Of a stretch of 64,000 bases of DNA, positions 44,234 to 57,720 are shown one piece after another. The position numbers were made by a program, and so were the translations under genes. The notes below the pieces were generated by a model. It saw only the letters and a list, made by a program, of their open reading frames with translations. It was not told the DNA's origin and searched no databases. Origin of the DNA: Octopus sinensis (Eukaryota); NCBI RefSeq assembly GCF_006345805.1, contig NC_043007.1, forward strand, positions 45,570,001 to 45,634,000. The letters run 5' to 3'. Every line of letters starts with the position of its first letter. Positions within the stretch are counted from its first letter, which is position 1.

Positions 44234-44484
44234 CACATACAGGCACATATACGTATAAATACATACATACGTATTATATTGCAGGCAACTATATAAATAT
44301 ATAGATACTGGTTAATTAGCGTTAATTGAAATTATCCAGTATTCTCTCTCACAGTCTCTCTCTTTCACAGTCTCTCTCTTTCACTCTGCAGACACACATG
44401 CATACTTTCTTATACTTACATGCATACATATATATACATACATACATACATACATACAAGCGTACATAAACACACGCGCACACA

Positions 44485-44528
<44 letters not shown>

Positions 44529-44589
44529 CATATTTCTCTAAATCTGCTTTTTGACTGGCCTCTTTCTTTTACTATATATACATATACAT

Positions 44590-44649
<60 letters not shown>

Positions 44650-44820
44650 TGTGTGTGTGTGTGTGTGTGTTGTGTGTGTGTGTGTGTGTGTGCATGTGTG
44701 TGCGTGTGCGTGCGTGTGTATGTGTGTACATATATATGTAAACACACACACACACGCACATACACACGCACACGTGCGCGCAATCAAACACACATGCATA
44801 GATGAAAGAGGGAGAGGGAG

Positions 44821-44860
<40 letters not shown>

Positions 44861-45104
44861 CGAGAGAGAGAAAGAGCGAGAGAGAGAAAGAGCGAGAGAG
44901 AGATATATACAGACAGACATAGAAATATCTAAGAAACATCTAAGTTAATACTGTTCTAGAATTGATAAGATAACACAGACACTGTCCAAGTTATTTTCAG
45001 TTCGTTGTGACTGCAATTTGTCTAACTGGCTTACATTGTTTTTATTGTTGTTGCTGTTGTCGTCGTAGTAGTAGCAGTAGTTGTTGTTGCTGCCGGTGCT
45101 GTAA

Positions 45105-45153
<49 letters not shown>

Positions 45154-45160
45154 CGTAGTC

Positions 45161-45227
<67 letters not shown>

Positions 45228-45378
45228 TAAGAGTAGTAGTAGTAGTATTTGTTGTTGTTAAGGATGATGTATATGACCAATAAGAGACGTGGTTGTGTTA
45301 ATAGTAGAAGCTTTGTTCTGATTCTTCTTGTTGACTTTAGCACTAACAGTAGAAGCAGTAGCAGCAGCAGCAACATCG

Positions 45379-45414
<36 letters not shown>

Positions 45415-45612
45415 TATTATTATTATTATTATTATCAGTGGTGGTGGTGGTGGTAGTGATGGTGGTAGTAGTAACGGTTGTAGCTATAGCTGTTGTTGGT
45501 TAGCCTCAGGTCAACTCTGGTCGAGCAGACATTGATCACAGCAAACGTCACCATCTGATCCTTGTTTTCGTTTTCGCGGGAGTGGAGTTATGCCGCATAA
45601 CATTATCTAATG

Positions 45613-46198
45613 CAATGGTTCTCAACCAGTGTTTGGATGTAGACCCCTTCGATTCCTATTTTGCTAAGGAGTTGGTGACTCTCACAACCATCCATGTCTG
45701 AAAACCATTATATTTTTCTAACTAAATATTATTTTTATCCGCTTCTACTCTTTTACTTGTTTCAGTCATCTGACTACGGCCATGCTGGAGCACCGGCTTA
45801 AAGGGTTTTAGGCGAAGAACTCGACCCCGGGACTTATTCATTGTATGCCTAGTACTTATTCTATCGTCCTTATTTTGTCAAGCGACGGCCGGGGGAGAGC
45901 GACACAGACACAACACACACACATAAATATATACATATACATTTGACAAGCTTCTTTCAGTTTCCGTCTATGAAATTCACTCACAAAGCTGTGATCGTGC
46001 GAGGCTCTAGAAGAAGACAATTGCCCAAGGTATCACGCAGTGGGATTGAACACGGAACCATGTGATTGGGGAGCAAGCTTCTTACCACACAGCCACGATA
46101 TTTTTCGTATAGGAGAAATATAACCAATTTATTGGTTATAACAACAAAATCTTATACGGAACCCCATGGGCCATATGAACCCCGGTTGATGACCACTG
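45613..46198. mobile_element. hAT-type MITE with a nested SINE
   Basis: TIRs caatggttctcaacc / ggttgatgaccactg; 8-bp TSD atctaatg / atctaata. Confidence 0.85.
45745..46097 (-). mobile_element. SINE family A nested in MITE
   Basis: Matches other copies, with an internal deletion. Confidence 0.9.
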
Positions 46199-46344
46199 AT
46201 CTAATACTTCCTCAATGAAGGCAGTACGTTATGATTTGAAGGAGATACAGCTGCCATTTCTAACAAAACAACTTATTATATATATGTGTGTGTGTGTAAA
46301 AGGTTGAAAAGGAATACACGAGTTGGAAGAAAAAAAATCAAGGG

Positions 46345-48032
46345 AGAAAATGCTAAAATAATTTTATAAAAAAACATTTCAGTACCGGTTTCAGTCATTG
46401 AGACATTTTTAACTGTAAGTATGGAAAACAAAAAAATATTTGGAAAATTTAAAAGAAAAGTTTTTTAAAAGAATATTTGAATAGTATTCAAATACAAGGG
46501 GCATTTTCCTTCATACTGTCTGTCTCTGTCTCTCTTGTTTACTCTTGTGGGTTCGAGGTCATTGTGAATTCTTGGCAGGGGAGAAGAAGGAGAAGTAAAA
46601 GAAGAAGAAAAAGAAAAAGAAGAATAAGAAGAATAAGAAAAAGAAGGAGGAGGAGAAGAAGAAGAATGTGGGAGTGCAATGATAGTAGTAGGATGTTAAA
46701 TAGTCAAGTGCCCTAAAAGTGAGTTGTTGTGGATGGTAGTAGTGATTAAATTCTTGAGACATCTCTTTTGAATGTATTGTTTATAATATTTGCGTAGATG
46801 TTATTCTAAACAGCAATAATGGTAAAGTTAGGAAGGAGGTGGCGGGGGGAAGAAGACGAAGAAGAAAAAGGAGAAAGAGAAGGGAGAATAAGAAAGGAAT
46901 GATAGTAGTAGGATGTTAAATGATAAAATGAACTAAAAGTAGTTCGTTATGGATTATAGCGGTGATTGGGACTGTTTTTTAATGAATTGTTGGGAATCTC
47001 TTGAGTGTATCATTTTTAATATTTGTGTGTGTGTTTATGTTATTCGTAGGCCGTTGTGGATATGTCGTTTGTTGTAGATACGTTCAAAAGTGGCCTGTAT
47101 TTTGTCATAAAGTGAGTCTCTTTGCTAATTCGTTGGCTACAGGCTGCATCGTCCCTGAATTGGTAGAGGGGAAAAATTCTGAAGCTTGGATTTTTGTTAT
47201 TGGCGCAAATGTCGATGTGTTTGCTGAATGCTATTTTTCTGCTTTGCGGAATTTAGATCAGGGATCTGTGCAGAGCCATACTTTTACGTAGACTGTTTTG
47301 TGTTTGGCCTATGTATTGCTCTTGACACCCAGAGCAGGTTACTACGTATATCAGGTTCTCCGAAGCACATGTGAAGCTGCTTTTCACTGTGAAACGTTGT
47401 CCCAGTTTGAAGAACTGTGATCCCTTAATTAAATTGACGCATATCTCACAGTTGGGTCTTCTGCATTTTTTTTACAAACGGCTTCTGTGCTGTTGTTGAG
47501 CGTATTGGGGCTTGTGCTAGGAGACTTTTCATAGATTTGGGTTGTCTCTTGCTTTTTATGATGGTGTGTGTTTGGAGGATCAAGTTCAGTCTGTGGTCCT
47601 TTTTTAGCAGGGGACTGTTTGAAGGATGGTGTCTAAGGCTTCATCCTCCTTGTTCTTTTCCTTGTTCTTTTTCTTCTTCTTGTTCTTCTTTTCTTCTTGT
47701 TCTTCTTTTTCTTGTTCTTGTTCTTGTTCTTCTTCTTGTTCTTCTTGTTCTTTTTCTTCTTTTTCTTCTTCTTCTTCTTCTTTTTTTTTTTACTTCTTCT
47801 TCCCAGCCAAGAATTCACAACGGCCTTGAACCACAAGAGTAAACGAAAGAGACAGAGACAGGCAGAAAGAAGGAAAATAGCCCTTCTATTTGAATACTAT
47901 GAAAAATATTCTTTTAAAAAACTTTTCTTTCAATTTTTCCCAAAATTTATTTGTTTATGATAATTACAGTTGAAAAAGTCTCAATGGCTGAAACCGGTAC
48001 TGAAATGGTTTTTAAATTATTTTAGCATTTTC
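46345..48032 (-). mobile_element. 5'-truncated Penelope-like element with inverted terminal repeat
   Basis: About 46345-46600 is an imperfect reverse complement of about 47790-48032; each arm has a decayed minimal hammerhead (CAG-TTGAAAA-AGTC..GGCT-GAAA-CCGG-TA-CTG). Confidence 0.88.
47040..47640 (-). pseudogene. PLE linker and GIY-YIG endonuclease (Neptune-like), disrupted
   Basis: KRQPKSMKSLL / CRRPNCEIC...FTCASENLIYVVTCSGCQEQYIGQT..LR...H...KETHFMTKYRPLLN; one frameshift and one stop. Confidence 0.9.
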
Positions 48033-48164
48033 TACCTTTACTTTTTTCCATACATACATACATACATACATACATACATACATACATACATACATACATA
48101 CATACATACATACGTACGTACATACGTACATACATACGTATATATACACACACACACAAACACA

Positions 48165-48226
<62 letters not shown>

Positions 48227-48269
48227 TCCCTCATTTCAATCCTGTTGGTAATGTTATTAATCTTTTTAG

Positions 48270-49085
48270 GCTTGCAGATTGGCTGAATTGGTAGAGTTTC
48301 GGACGCAGTGCGTCGCAGTATTTGTTTCGGCACTTTACGTTCTGGTTTCAAATCTTGGCCTGGTTCACTTTGCTGTTTATACCTCCTAGGCGGAGAAAAT
48401 ACAATACTAGCCAAGAAATCATGTCATTGCGATTGCCTAGCTATTTTCCATAAAAGTGGCTGATTGTATCCCTAAATAATTTCAAAATTCGCCACCAGAC
48501 TTGCAGTATTAGGGAAACAGAGTTAGTTGATTACATTGAACTTGGTACTTGACTGGTACTTTATTTCATCTACTCCAAAGGATGAAAGGCAAAGTTAGCT
48601 TCAGCGAAGTTTGAGCAAACAGAAAGCACCGGAAGATATGTCACTAAACATTTTGTCCAATGAGCCAACGTTATGATCGTCTCACTACCTTTATCATGCT
48701 CCTAAATAAGAAACAATTTTTAAAAGACGTGGCAGAGTTGTTAGCGGATTGGATACAATGCCCCACGGTATTTGTTCCGACTCTCCGAGTTCAAATCCTG
48801 TGGAGGTTGTTCTTGCTTTTCTTCCTTCTTAGGACGATGAAATAAAATACCACTCAAGAACTGTAGTCAATATAATCAACTAACAGCATACCCTAAGTAT
48901 TTTGTCTAGTTAGAAAATGCGTCTTATTTCTAAATTAATAAGGGTCATGGATTGGCAGAATCTTTACAATGCCTTGCTCTATTCGTTCCGGGTCATCACG
49001 CTTTGAGTTCAAATCTCGCTACGGTCAACTAAACCTCTCATCTCCCCGGAGTCATTAAAATAAAACATCAATCGATTGACACGCT
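48270..49085 (+). mobile_element. Cluster of degenerate SINE family B copies (mixed orientation)
   Basis: Repeated ggcaga..gtt..gagttcaaatc heads; one minus-strand copy near 48500-48690. Confidence 0.65.
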
Positions 49086-49817
49086 TTCCTCACTTGGAGG
49101 CAATGTTGTCTGTCGTTATTTAGACGTAAATCAATCCTAATGAATTATGATCAAAGACATTTCAGCTGTGGCCATCTCGAATTGTAAGAGTTTAAAGTGG
49201 CTACGTAAGGTGGCCACGTAAGATGTAGGTCTGGTATGTGTGATGCCTTTTTCAAGGTGTTGGATATGGGTAGCTAGGAAAGTACGTGTTAATCTCACGA
49301 TCTGGTCATAGGCTCGATTTCTGCGCCGAACATCGTATTCTGTCCTTAATCAAGACACATTATTTTACTTTGTCCCAGTCTACTCAGCTGTAAATGAGTA
49401 ACAGCCAGGGTACTGGTACAAACCTGGGTGCTGGTTCACATCCTGGGTATTCAGATGAGTCAAGGGGGGAACGGTCGAGACGTTGTCTATGTCTTTTCAT
49501 AATTACATTGGTACCTAAAATAATTAGCAAAAGCATGGTACAAATTATCAAGGCATTCTCGCCTGCTAATGACGGCTGGTTTTACTGCTTACAGTTTGTA
49601 ATACTTTCATGGGTTGTTGGTAGATTTGGCACAGTTAATGACTGTGGTGTTTGTTGTAGTACTGTTAACAATGGCTATATTGTCTTGTTTCAGCTCAGTC
49701 CTGATCCAGGACACCAATTATAAAACCGTTCTGCCCATGACCCTCCAGTCTTTTTTTATCAGCCATTGTGTTAATGTATCTTTTCTTTCCAAGAAGGAAT
49801 AAGGTCTGATTTGAAAG

Positions 49818-49975
49818 AGGAGTGGCCGTGTGGTAAGTAGCTTGCTTACGAACTACATGGCTCCGGGTTCAGTCCCACTGCATGGCACCTTGAGCAAGTG
49901 TCTTCTACTATAGCCTCGGGACGACCAAGGCCTTGTGAGGGGATATGGTAGAAGGAAACTGAAAGAAGCCCGTCG

Positions 49976-50006
<31 letters not shown>

Positions 50007-50235
50007 GTATGATTGTAGGTGTGTATATGTTTGTGTGTCTGTGTTTGTCCTCCCCCCAACATCGCTTGACAACCGATGGTAGTGTGTTTCCGTCCCCGTA
50101 ACTTAGAGACCGATAGAATAAGTACTAGGCTTACAAAGAATAAGTCATGGGGTCGATTTGCTCGACTAAAGGTGGTGTTCCAGCATGGCCACAGTCAAAT
50201 GACTGAAATAAGTAAAAGGGTAAAAGAGTTAAAGA
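49818..50235 (+). mobile_element. SINE family A
   Basis: ggagtggccgtgtggtaagtagcttgc...ggttcagtccc head through gtaaaagag tail. Confidence 0.93.
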
Positions 50236-50340
50236 GTACTATGTTTAGCATGTACACAAACCATATAGAGGCTCTCTTCAATATTTATATTGTTATTGAG
50301 CTATCGTTTAGCCACAGGCAATCCAACTATAGCCATCCAT

Positions 50341-50510
50341 ATTATTTACATTGTTTACATTTGACGGATATTTGTCATCATTTTGTTTGCTGTTAACACA
50401 ACGTCTCGGCTGATATACTCTCCAGCCTTCGTCAGGTGCCTTGGGGAAATTTCGATATGCCCGGCGTAGTGGTTAAGAGCGCGGGCTACAAACCCCAAGA
50501 TTCCGAGTTC

Positions 50511-50596
<86 letters not shown>

Positions 50597-50740
50597 TCGA
50601 AAGATACCTTAGGAATGAGAACCTAGGTTCGAAATTTCCCCAAGAGACTTGGTGAAGGCTGGAGGGTATGTCAGCTGAAATGTGTTAACAACAAACAAGA
50701 TGAGGACAAATATCCTTCAAATGTAAATAATGTATATAAT
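50341..50740 (+). mobile_element. tRNA-headed element with hammerhead-containing 3' module and upstream inverted copy
   Basis: Arms 50341-50455 and 50629-50740; between them a tRNA-like head (50459-50514) and (AAT)n. Confidence 0.8.
50395..50440 (-). ncRNA. Minimal type I hammerhead motif, one core substitution
   Basis: GGCAC-CTGACGA-A-GGCTG..CAGCC-GAGA-CG-TT-GTGTT; the sister copy has GAAA but a decayed CTGANGA. Confidence 0.7.
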
Positions 50741-50993
50741 TCCTCATCTCTTAAAGTGTATGGCCATCCAGTTTTAGGTGAGATTTTTACAATTATATCA
50801 TCCGTTCAATATACTTCGAATGAGAGCTTTTAGACCACCATTTTTTGCAGGAAGGAACTAAAACCTGGTGTTAGTTCCTTGTTTGACTTGTGGCTATAGG
50901 TTTTGGTTGTCGGGATTGGCATGGTGGAGCTTACAGCTGTTGCTGATGAGTTAATAGTTGCTGTCGTTGTTGAGATTACAGATATTATTGTAT

Positions 50994-51284
50994 GAAGGCT
51001 CGTGGCTCAGTAGTTAGGGTTTGCGGCTCAAGATCGTAAGATCCTTAAGACACTTTATTTCACGTTGCTTCAATTTACTTACCTGACCAAAATAGAGTAA
51101 TACCCGCATTTCAAAGGGCTAGCTTTTTCACACTCTGCGTCTCGCTGAATCCACCTGAGAACTATATTAGGGGTTTACGTGTCTGTGGAGTGCTCAGCCG
51201 TTATTTGCCCGCTCATTTCACGAGCAGACTGTTCCGTTGATCGAATCAACTGGAAGCCTTGTCATCGTAACCGATTGAGTACCA
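50994..51284 (+). mobile_element. SINE family C
   Basis: gtggctcagtagttaggg A-box-like head; body shared with 12660 (minus) and 49270. Confidence 0.75.
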
Positions 51285-52244
51285 GATATTGTTGCTCTTG
51301 TTAAGTTTTTAGTTGCTGAGCTTATCGCTATTGTTCTTGTTGAGTTTACAGCTGTTTCTGTTATTGTTGAGTCTATAGTTGTTGTCCTGCTTATAGTTAT
51401 TGTTCTCGTTCTTCTTAAGCTTATATGTGTAGTTATTGCTTTTGACTGTCCTTATACTTGAAACTGTTATAGTTGCTGTTGTGGATTGTGGTTAGGTGTA
51501 TTTAGGATAATGGTGATAGTGTTGGTCCAATAAATTATTTTGTGGAGTTTCTTGCAGTTCTTAACGCTCTGAATTCAGTTCCGGGGTATCTCAACAACAC
51601 TCTTCGTCTGATGGTAGTGGCGTTGATAAAACATACGACCAGTGATGTTATTCCGATCAGTTTAACATACTATTCCACCTGCTAGAAGTTACATTTGACG
51701 TCATGGTTTTCACTGTTGTTATTGTAGGTGTTGTTGTTGTTGTTACTATGGTAGTACATCGGGTAGGTGTATTTCATCGTTCATTGCCATAATGCTTCTT
51801 GTTGTCTTTGTTGTGGTGGGTGTCCTTATTGTTCATGATTAAGCGTGTGTAGTACGTCTGATAACTGGTTTTGGCGGAATGACTCTGTTGTTTTTATTGC
51901 TGCTGTTGTTGATAATGATAATGGTTATTTTGATTATTTCTGCTGCTGATAATGATGATGATAATGATGATGATGATGATGATAATGTTAATGAGCCTGA
52001 TGAAGATTTTGATGATGAGTTTCATTGCCTTTGTTTCTTAAGTGGTATTTGGCATCCTTGTTGTAGCTGTTCCAGCTGTTGTTGTTCTTGTTGTTATTTA
52101 CTTTTGTTGTTTTATGTCGTTGCCCAACGCTGACGTTACTGCTATTGTTGAGGTGGTGGTAGTGATGCAGGCAATATGATATTTGATGTTGTTGTTGATG
52201 ATGATGATGATGATGACGATGACGACGATGATGATGATGAGGAC

Positions 52245-52303
<59 letters not shown>

Positions 52304-53349
52304 GGACGATAATGATGATGATGAGGTGATGACGTTGTGTTGCAGTTTTTGTTTTTTTGTTGCTATTTTTGTTATGCTGTATTTCTTTCTGTTGATATCG
52401 ATTATTTATTACTGTGGTTTTGTTGCTGCTGTTGTTGTTGTTTATGATGACGACGATGATGTTATTGATGACGATAATGATGAAGATAATGATACTGCTG
52501 CAGATGATGATGATGAGTGGGTGATGATGATGCAATCTTTATTCTTATTGGGGTTTATATTTATCTCTTATTCCTTTATATTTAGCTGAAACTCTTGGTT
52601 TGAAGAGGAATTATCCTGTACGCGCGCACTCCCTCCCACACACACATGAGTGGGAAAGAAAGAAACACAAACAAACACATACAGTGATATACAAAGTAGA
52701 AGCTGAAGCTTAAACGTACAATAACTGTACAATTACATAATCACACATTGATTTCATACTGTTTCTGTTACAAGGTAGTCGAGGACTAACAGCTGGTTGT
52801 GGCTTTTCTTCTCTCTTGTATTTAGGGGCCAGTTCTTTCGTTTGCAGGGTTTCCCGAATTACCACACCTTCCAAAATAGCTTAACCTGAAATCGAATTTG
52901 TATTGCAGACCCAACTTTTCAGAAATTTATTATTACGGTACAATATTTCTTCCATCACATACACCACACATACACATAGACATTCACACAAGTGGAAGCA
53001 CATATCCACACATATACAAACTCATACATCTATACATGTGTAGGAAATCTTTCGGTAAAGGAACTGAACTTTTAAATCTGTGACATAACCAACCGGTTTC
53101 CGTGACTACATTACTGAATATACCAGGTTGAGAAAAGTTTTATCAGATTTTAACTGTTGTCAATTTGTATCTATATGTTATATCATTAATTTGATACAAC
53201 TTGTTAACCAATTGTTGCTGAAATGATTCTTTTTTATTTTCATGTATAACATATAAACATTATTTGTTTGTTATTTATTTTACAGCTTTGATAGTGAGTG
53301 GAGAAAAAGCATTACAATTAGACCCATTTTACATGACAAGAGGAACTAT

Positions 53350-53514
53350 AGCGTAGGAATGGCTGTGTTGTAAGTAGCTTGCTTACGAACCACATGGTTC
53401 CGGGTTCAGTCGCACAGCGTGACACCTTGGGCAAGTGTCTTTTACTATAGCCTCGAGCCGACCAAAGCCTTGTGAGTGGATTTGGTAGACGGAAACTGAA
53501 AGAAGCCCGTCGAA

Positions 53515-53576
<62 letters not shown>

Positions 53577-53850
53577 GTGTGTTGTGTGTGTGTGTGTGTG
53601 TGTGTATGTGTGTGTGTGTGTGTATGTGTATGTTTGTGTGCCTGTGTTTGTCCCCCAACATCGCTTGACAACCGATGCAGGTGTGTTTACGTCCACGTAA
53701 CTTAGCGGTTCGGCAAAAGATATCGATAGAATAAGTACTAGGCTTCCAAAGAATAAGTCCTGGGGTCGATTTGCTCGACTAAAGGCGGTGCTCCAGCATG
53801 ACCACAGTCAAATGACTGAAACAAGTAAAAGAGTAAAGAGTAAGAGTAAG
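53350..53850 (+). mobile_element. SINE family A, full length
   Basis: Complete head, internal (TA)n(TG)n and tail. Confidence 0.94.
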
Positions 53851-54630
53851 TACTGAGTGCAAGGGCAGCGGCAAAAGAAACTAATGATGTGGAAGGCTCA
53901 AAAGCTGTTAACGAACGTGTGGGCACAAACTGGTTCAGAAATTTTTTAAAGAAGGTGATACCAGTTTCAAAGACAAATGAAGGTCAAATAAACCTTCTGT
54001 TGTGAAAGATGAAGCCTTGCTTGAAATGATTGACCAACAGTCAAGCTCAAACACTCGCAAATTGTCAGCAGAGCTTGGTCCTTTACAAAGTACCAATGAC
54101 TGCCACCTGCATACGTTTGGCCTTGTGAATAGATGCAGTCAAGAAGTTCCTCATGAACTGACCAATGACCAGGCTCAGTAACATGAACATTTGCAAGCAA
54201 CTGCTGGTAGCCTCGTTCCGGACAGGCTGCAGAACCTGTTGTCAAACAAGGATGGTTTGAATAGAAGGCAATGTTGTATGTTTGGTTGAATTTCGGAAGG
54301 GTGTTACAGTTTGAGGTTGTCCCAGATGGTTAAACTTTATGACCAACAACTGCAGCAATTATACTATTCGGTATTGGTCATTCGTAGACGCACACTTCTC
54401 CAGTATTGCAGCAGTATACATTGCCAATGTGATCAAGCGCAAACTTGAAGGACTGGAAATCCTGCCACACCCTACCTAAAGTCCAGACCTTGCACCATAA
54501 GATTACCACCTTCTCTGAACCATGGCTCATTTCCTGCATGGACGGAAGTTCATCAATGCTTTCCGTGTGTAATTTGTTTGAACTATTAATTAAAGTTCAA
54601 AGTACGAAAACCCTTTTGACTTAACCTTCA
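53851..54630 (+). mobile_element. Mariner transposase remnant
   Basis: NWFR..EGDTS, RKLSAELG, EVPHELT, ILPHP.SPDLAP.DYHL..MAHFLHGRKF with stops and frameshifts. Confidence 0.88.
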
Positions 54631-55049
54631 TTTTTAGTCAAATAATTGTTTCTAAAATACGCAGAAGGTTTGAAATTTAGCAAAAGTAGTTTGGTTGATC
54701 AAGTTGACACCAGTACTTGTATTGTTCTTTTTGTTATCGTCACTGATGGGATTGGAAGAAAAGTTAACCTCTTATATCACATCAGTTAGATAGCAATCTC
54801 CACAAAATAGAACGAACGCATACATAATCTACTTGGCGATTTGCTTCAAATTGAACAATGAAGTATTTTGGAAGAGTTGAAATGTTTGAGTGAAAATCTG
54901 TTTAATAGTAATAAAACCTTTTTATAGATGCTTCTGTAATGTAGCAACAACGCCATGTACTGAACTGATTGAGTATTATTTAATGTCAATAGTTATCAAT
55001 ATTTAAAATAAGGAAAAACTACTCCAGAAAGTGGTCCCAAGTTTCAAAA

Positions 55050-55335
55050 CCATATTATGAAAACAGACGGCGACTACCGGACAAAATTTTGTGCATTTAC
55101 CAATGAAAATCGTCATCTAATTCTTCGGGAAGTTTCGATGAGGAAACCAAGAGTAAAAGTTCATACCACAAGATTTAAAAAAAAATTCATGGAGGAATCA
55201 TGTTGTCGCAAAACTTCTGCGGCGTCAAATGAACAGAGAGAAGAGAATCAGTTAGTGTAGAAATGTTCTATGATCGTTTGAAAGATGAAAGCGTCCTAAA
55301 AAGTGCAACATCAATCGATGAAACGTGACTTAACT
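55050..55335 (+). mobile_element. Highly decayed mariner fragment
   Basis: NRHLILREVS...VLKSATSIDET resembles the HTH-to-first-Asp region. Confidence 0.5.
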
Positions 55336-56125
55336 GCAACAATCAGACGCTTATGACCCTCTGCCAGTTGTGCTATGCGGTCGGTGGAAGTAACACTTCG
55401 GTGTACTGTAAAAGTTGTATAGGCGGGAAACAGCGATGATGTTGTCAGGGAAACCCTATAAGCCGACAAGAATCATCTGGCTTTCCAAAAATCCATGGCC
55501 TGCTTCCAGTATGAATTTCAGGTTTGAGATAAACTTTACTGGATTGGCAGTGTAGAGTCACAAAACTGTTTTATTCGCACTCGTTCAGTGGCCGAACATT
55601 GCTGATGTAAAGGATTACGTCTATCATATGCTATCATGTGTAGGACGTACCCGGTTATCAGCTGCGTCCATTGAGGAGATCGACCCGCCGACTTCCTTTA
55701 GCTGAGGAAAACAGACAGTGATTATATATCTGGTAGTTTCATCTGTCGAGCAGATTAAAAGGTTGAAAACAGATTCCTTGCTCTTTGTCCAAGTTATCAT
55801 CAGTTTTTTCAAGTTTTACGTGAAAAGGAAAATGAAGGTTGAGAGGAAAGTAATGCCTCCAAAGAAAGTTGTTGAAAATCTGGTGTGAGTGGCAAGGATG
55901 GTATGAATAAACAGACTTACTCTGAGCAAGCGCTTGTAGATTGAAGGAAGAGAATATGGAGTGAACATTTCTCCCAGTTGTCAGAGAGATAATAGGTTTT
56001 TGGGGGTTTCCACGAGCACATCTCGAAAGTCTTCCCACTTAGGGATCATTTTTCCCTGTTTGAAATTATTGTTTCGTTGGTTGTTTGATGTTTTACGCCT
56101 TACAATCCTCCATGTAACTCCGCAT

Positions 56126-56430
56126 TGTATCGTCCTGTACCCTCCGGTATCGCTCTGTATCTTCCAATATCGTCCTGTATTGTCCGGGCCGTTCTGTCTG
56201 TATCTTCCAGCATCGTCCTGTATCGTCCATTTTCGTCAAGAATCATCCAATATCGTCCTGTATCATTCAATATCGTCCTGCAACGTCCTGTATCGTCTTG
56301 TATTGTCCTGTATCGTTCAGTATCATCCTGTATCGTCCTGTATCGTCCAGTATCGTCATGTATCGCTCTGTATCGTCCTGTATCGTCCAGTATCATACAA
56401 TATCGTCCTGTATCGTCTTGTATCGTCTTC
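56126..56430. repeat. 10-bp minisatellite (TATCGTCCTG)n, about 30 imperfect units
   Basis: Directly visible; accounts for the IVLYRPVSSC ORFs. Confidence 0.95.
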
Positions 56431-56537
56431 TAACATCCTCGATCTACTTGCAAGCCTTAGTAAAGATATCTTTCTTCTTCTTCTTCTTCTTCTTCTTCTT
56501 CTTCTTCTTCTTCTTCTTCTTCTTCTTCTTCTTCTTC

Positions 56538-56569
<32 letters not shown>

Positions 56570-57039
56570 CTTCTTTCTTCTTCTTCTTCTTCTTCTTCTT
56601 CTTCTTCTTCTCATTATTACTATTGTCACTATTAATACAGTTGTTGCTGTTGCTATAATCGACGTTTATGCCGTTGCTAATTACTGGGAGGAAAGTGAAA
56701 CGATCTTACTGACTACGTTGATGTTTGTTATGATTATGATGACGGTCCAAATATTACTAGTAGTACTGCTTTTGTTTCTTACATTGTTTTGTTATTCAGG
56801 ATGCTTCTGTTGCGTCTATCTTTTGATGAATATGTATATATGTTGATGTGGATTTATATATGTAAATAGCTATGAGTGTGGTTGTGTGTCTCTATGTGTA
56901 TGCAAGCACTTGTGTGTGTATGTTAGTGTATGTGTGTGTGTGTGTGTTTGTGTATGTGTGTCTGTGCTTATCATATCAATCGACTGCTGCAGCCAACTTT
57001 CACTCCTACGTATTTTGCTTCGTAAACTCATAACATCGA

Positions 57040-57720
57040 TGCCAACACCACAACAATAACAACAATATCAATATCATCAACATCAACAACAATAGTAACC
57101 TTTCTAATACCCTCTACCATCACTTCCGACACCGGCACCATCATCACTATTAACAACAGCATCACCATCACCAGCATCACTATTACCACCACCACCACCA
57201 CCACCACCACAACCACCACCACCACCACCACCACCACCACCACCACCACCCCACCACCACCACCACCACCACTACCACCACCACCACCACCACTACCACC
57301 ACCACCACCACCATTAACATCATTACCATCACCAGCATCACTATTACCCCCACCAACATCTCCACCATCAGCACCACTACCACCACTACCACCATCATCC
57401 TCACTACCACAACCATCATCACTACCACCACCAATAACAACACCATCATCACCACCATCACCACCAATACTACCACCACCACCACCACCACCAATAACAA
57501 CACCTTGACCAACATCATCATCAGTATCACCAGCATCAATATTACACCACCACCACCACCACCACCACCACCACCACCGCAACCATCACCACTACCACCA
57601 CAACCTCCACACACACACACACACACCACCACCAGCACCAGCACCACCAGCACCAGTACCACCACCAACATCAACAACAACACCTCAACATCATCATCAT
57701 CAACATCACTATTTTCACTA
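57040..57720. repeat. (ACC/ATC)n compound trinucleotide tract
   Basis: Directly visible low complexity. Confidence 0.9.

Noticed and set aside
50459-50514. Functional tRNA gene
   Set aside because: Truncated within the T arm with no 3' acceptor strand; treated as an element head.
55380-56050. Possible LINE remnant or exon
   Set aside because: Only a short WEDFRDVL resemblance, with stops; unsupported without a search.
55961-56846. 224-aa and 182-aa ORFs
   Set aside because: Products of a 10-bp minisatellite and (CTT)n.
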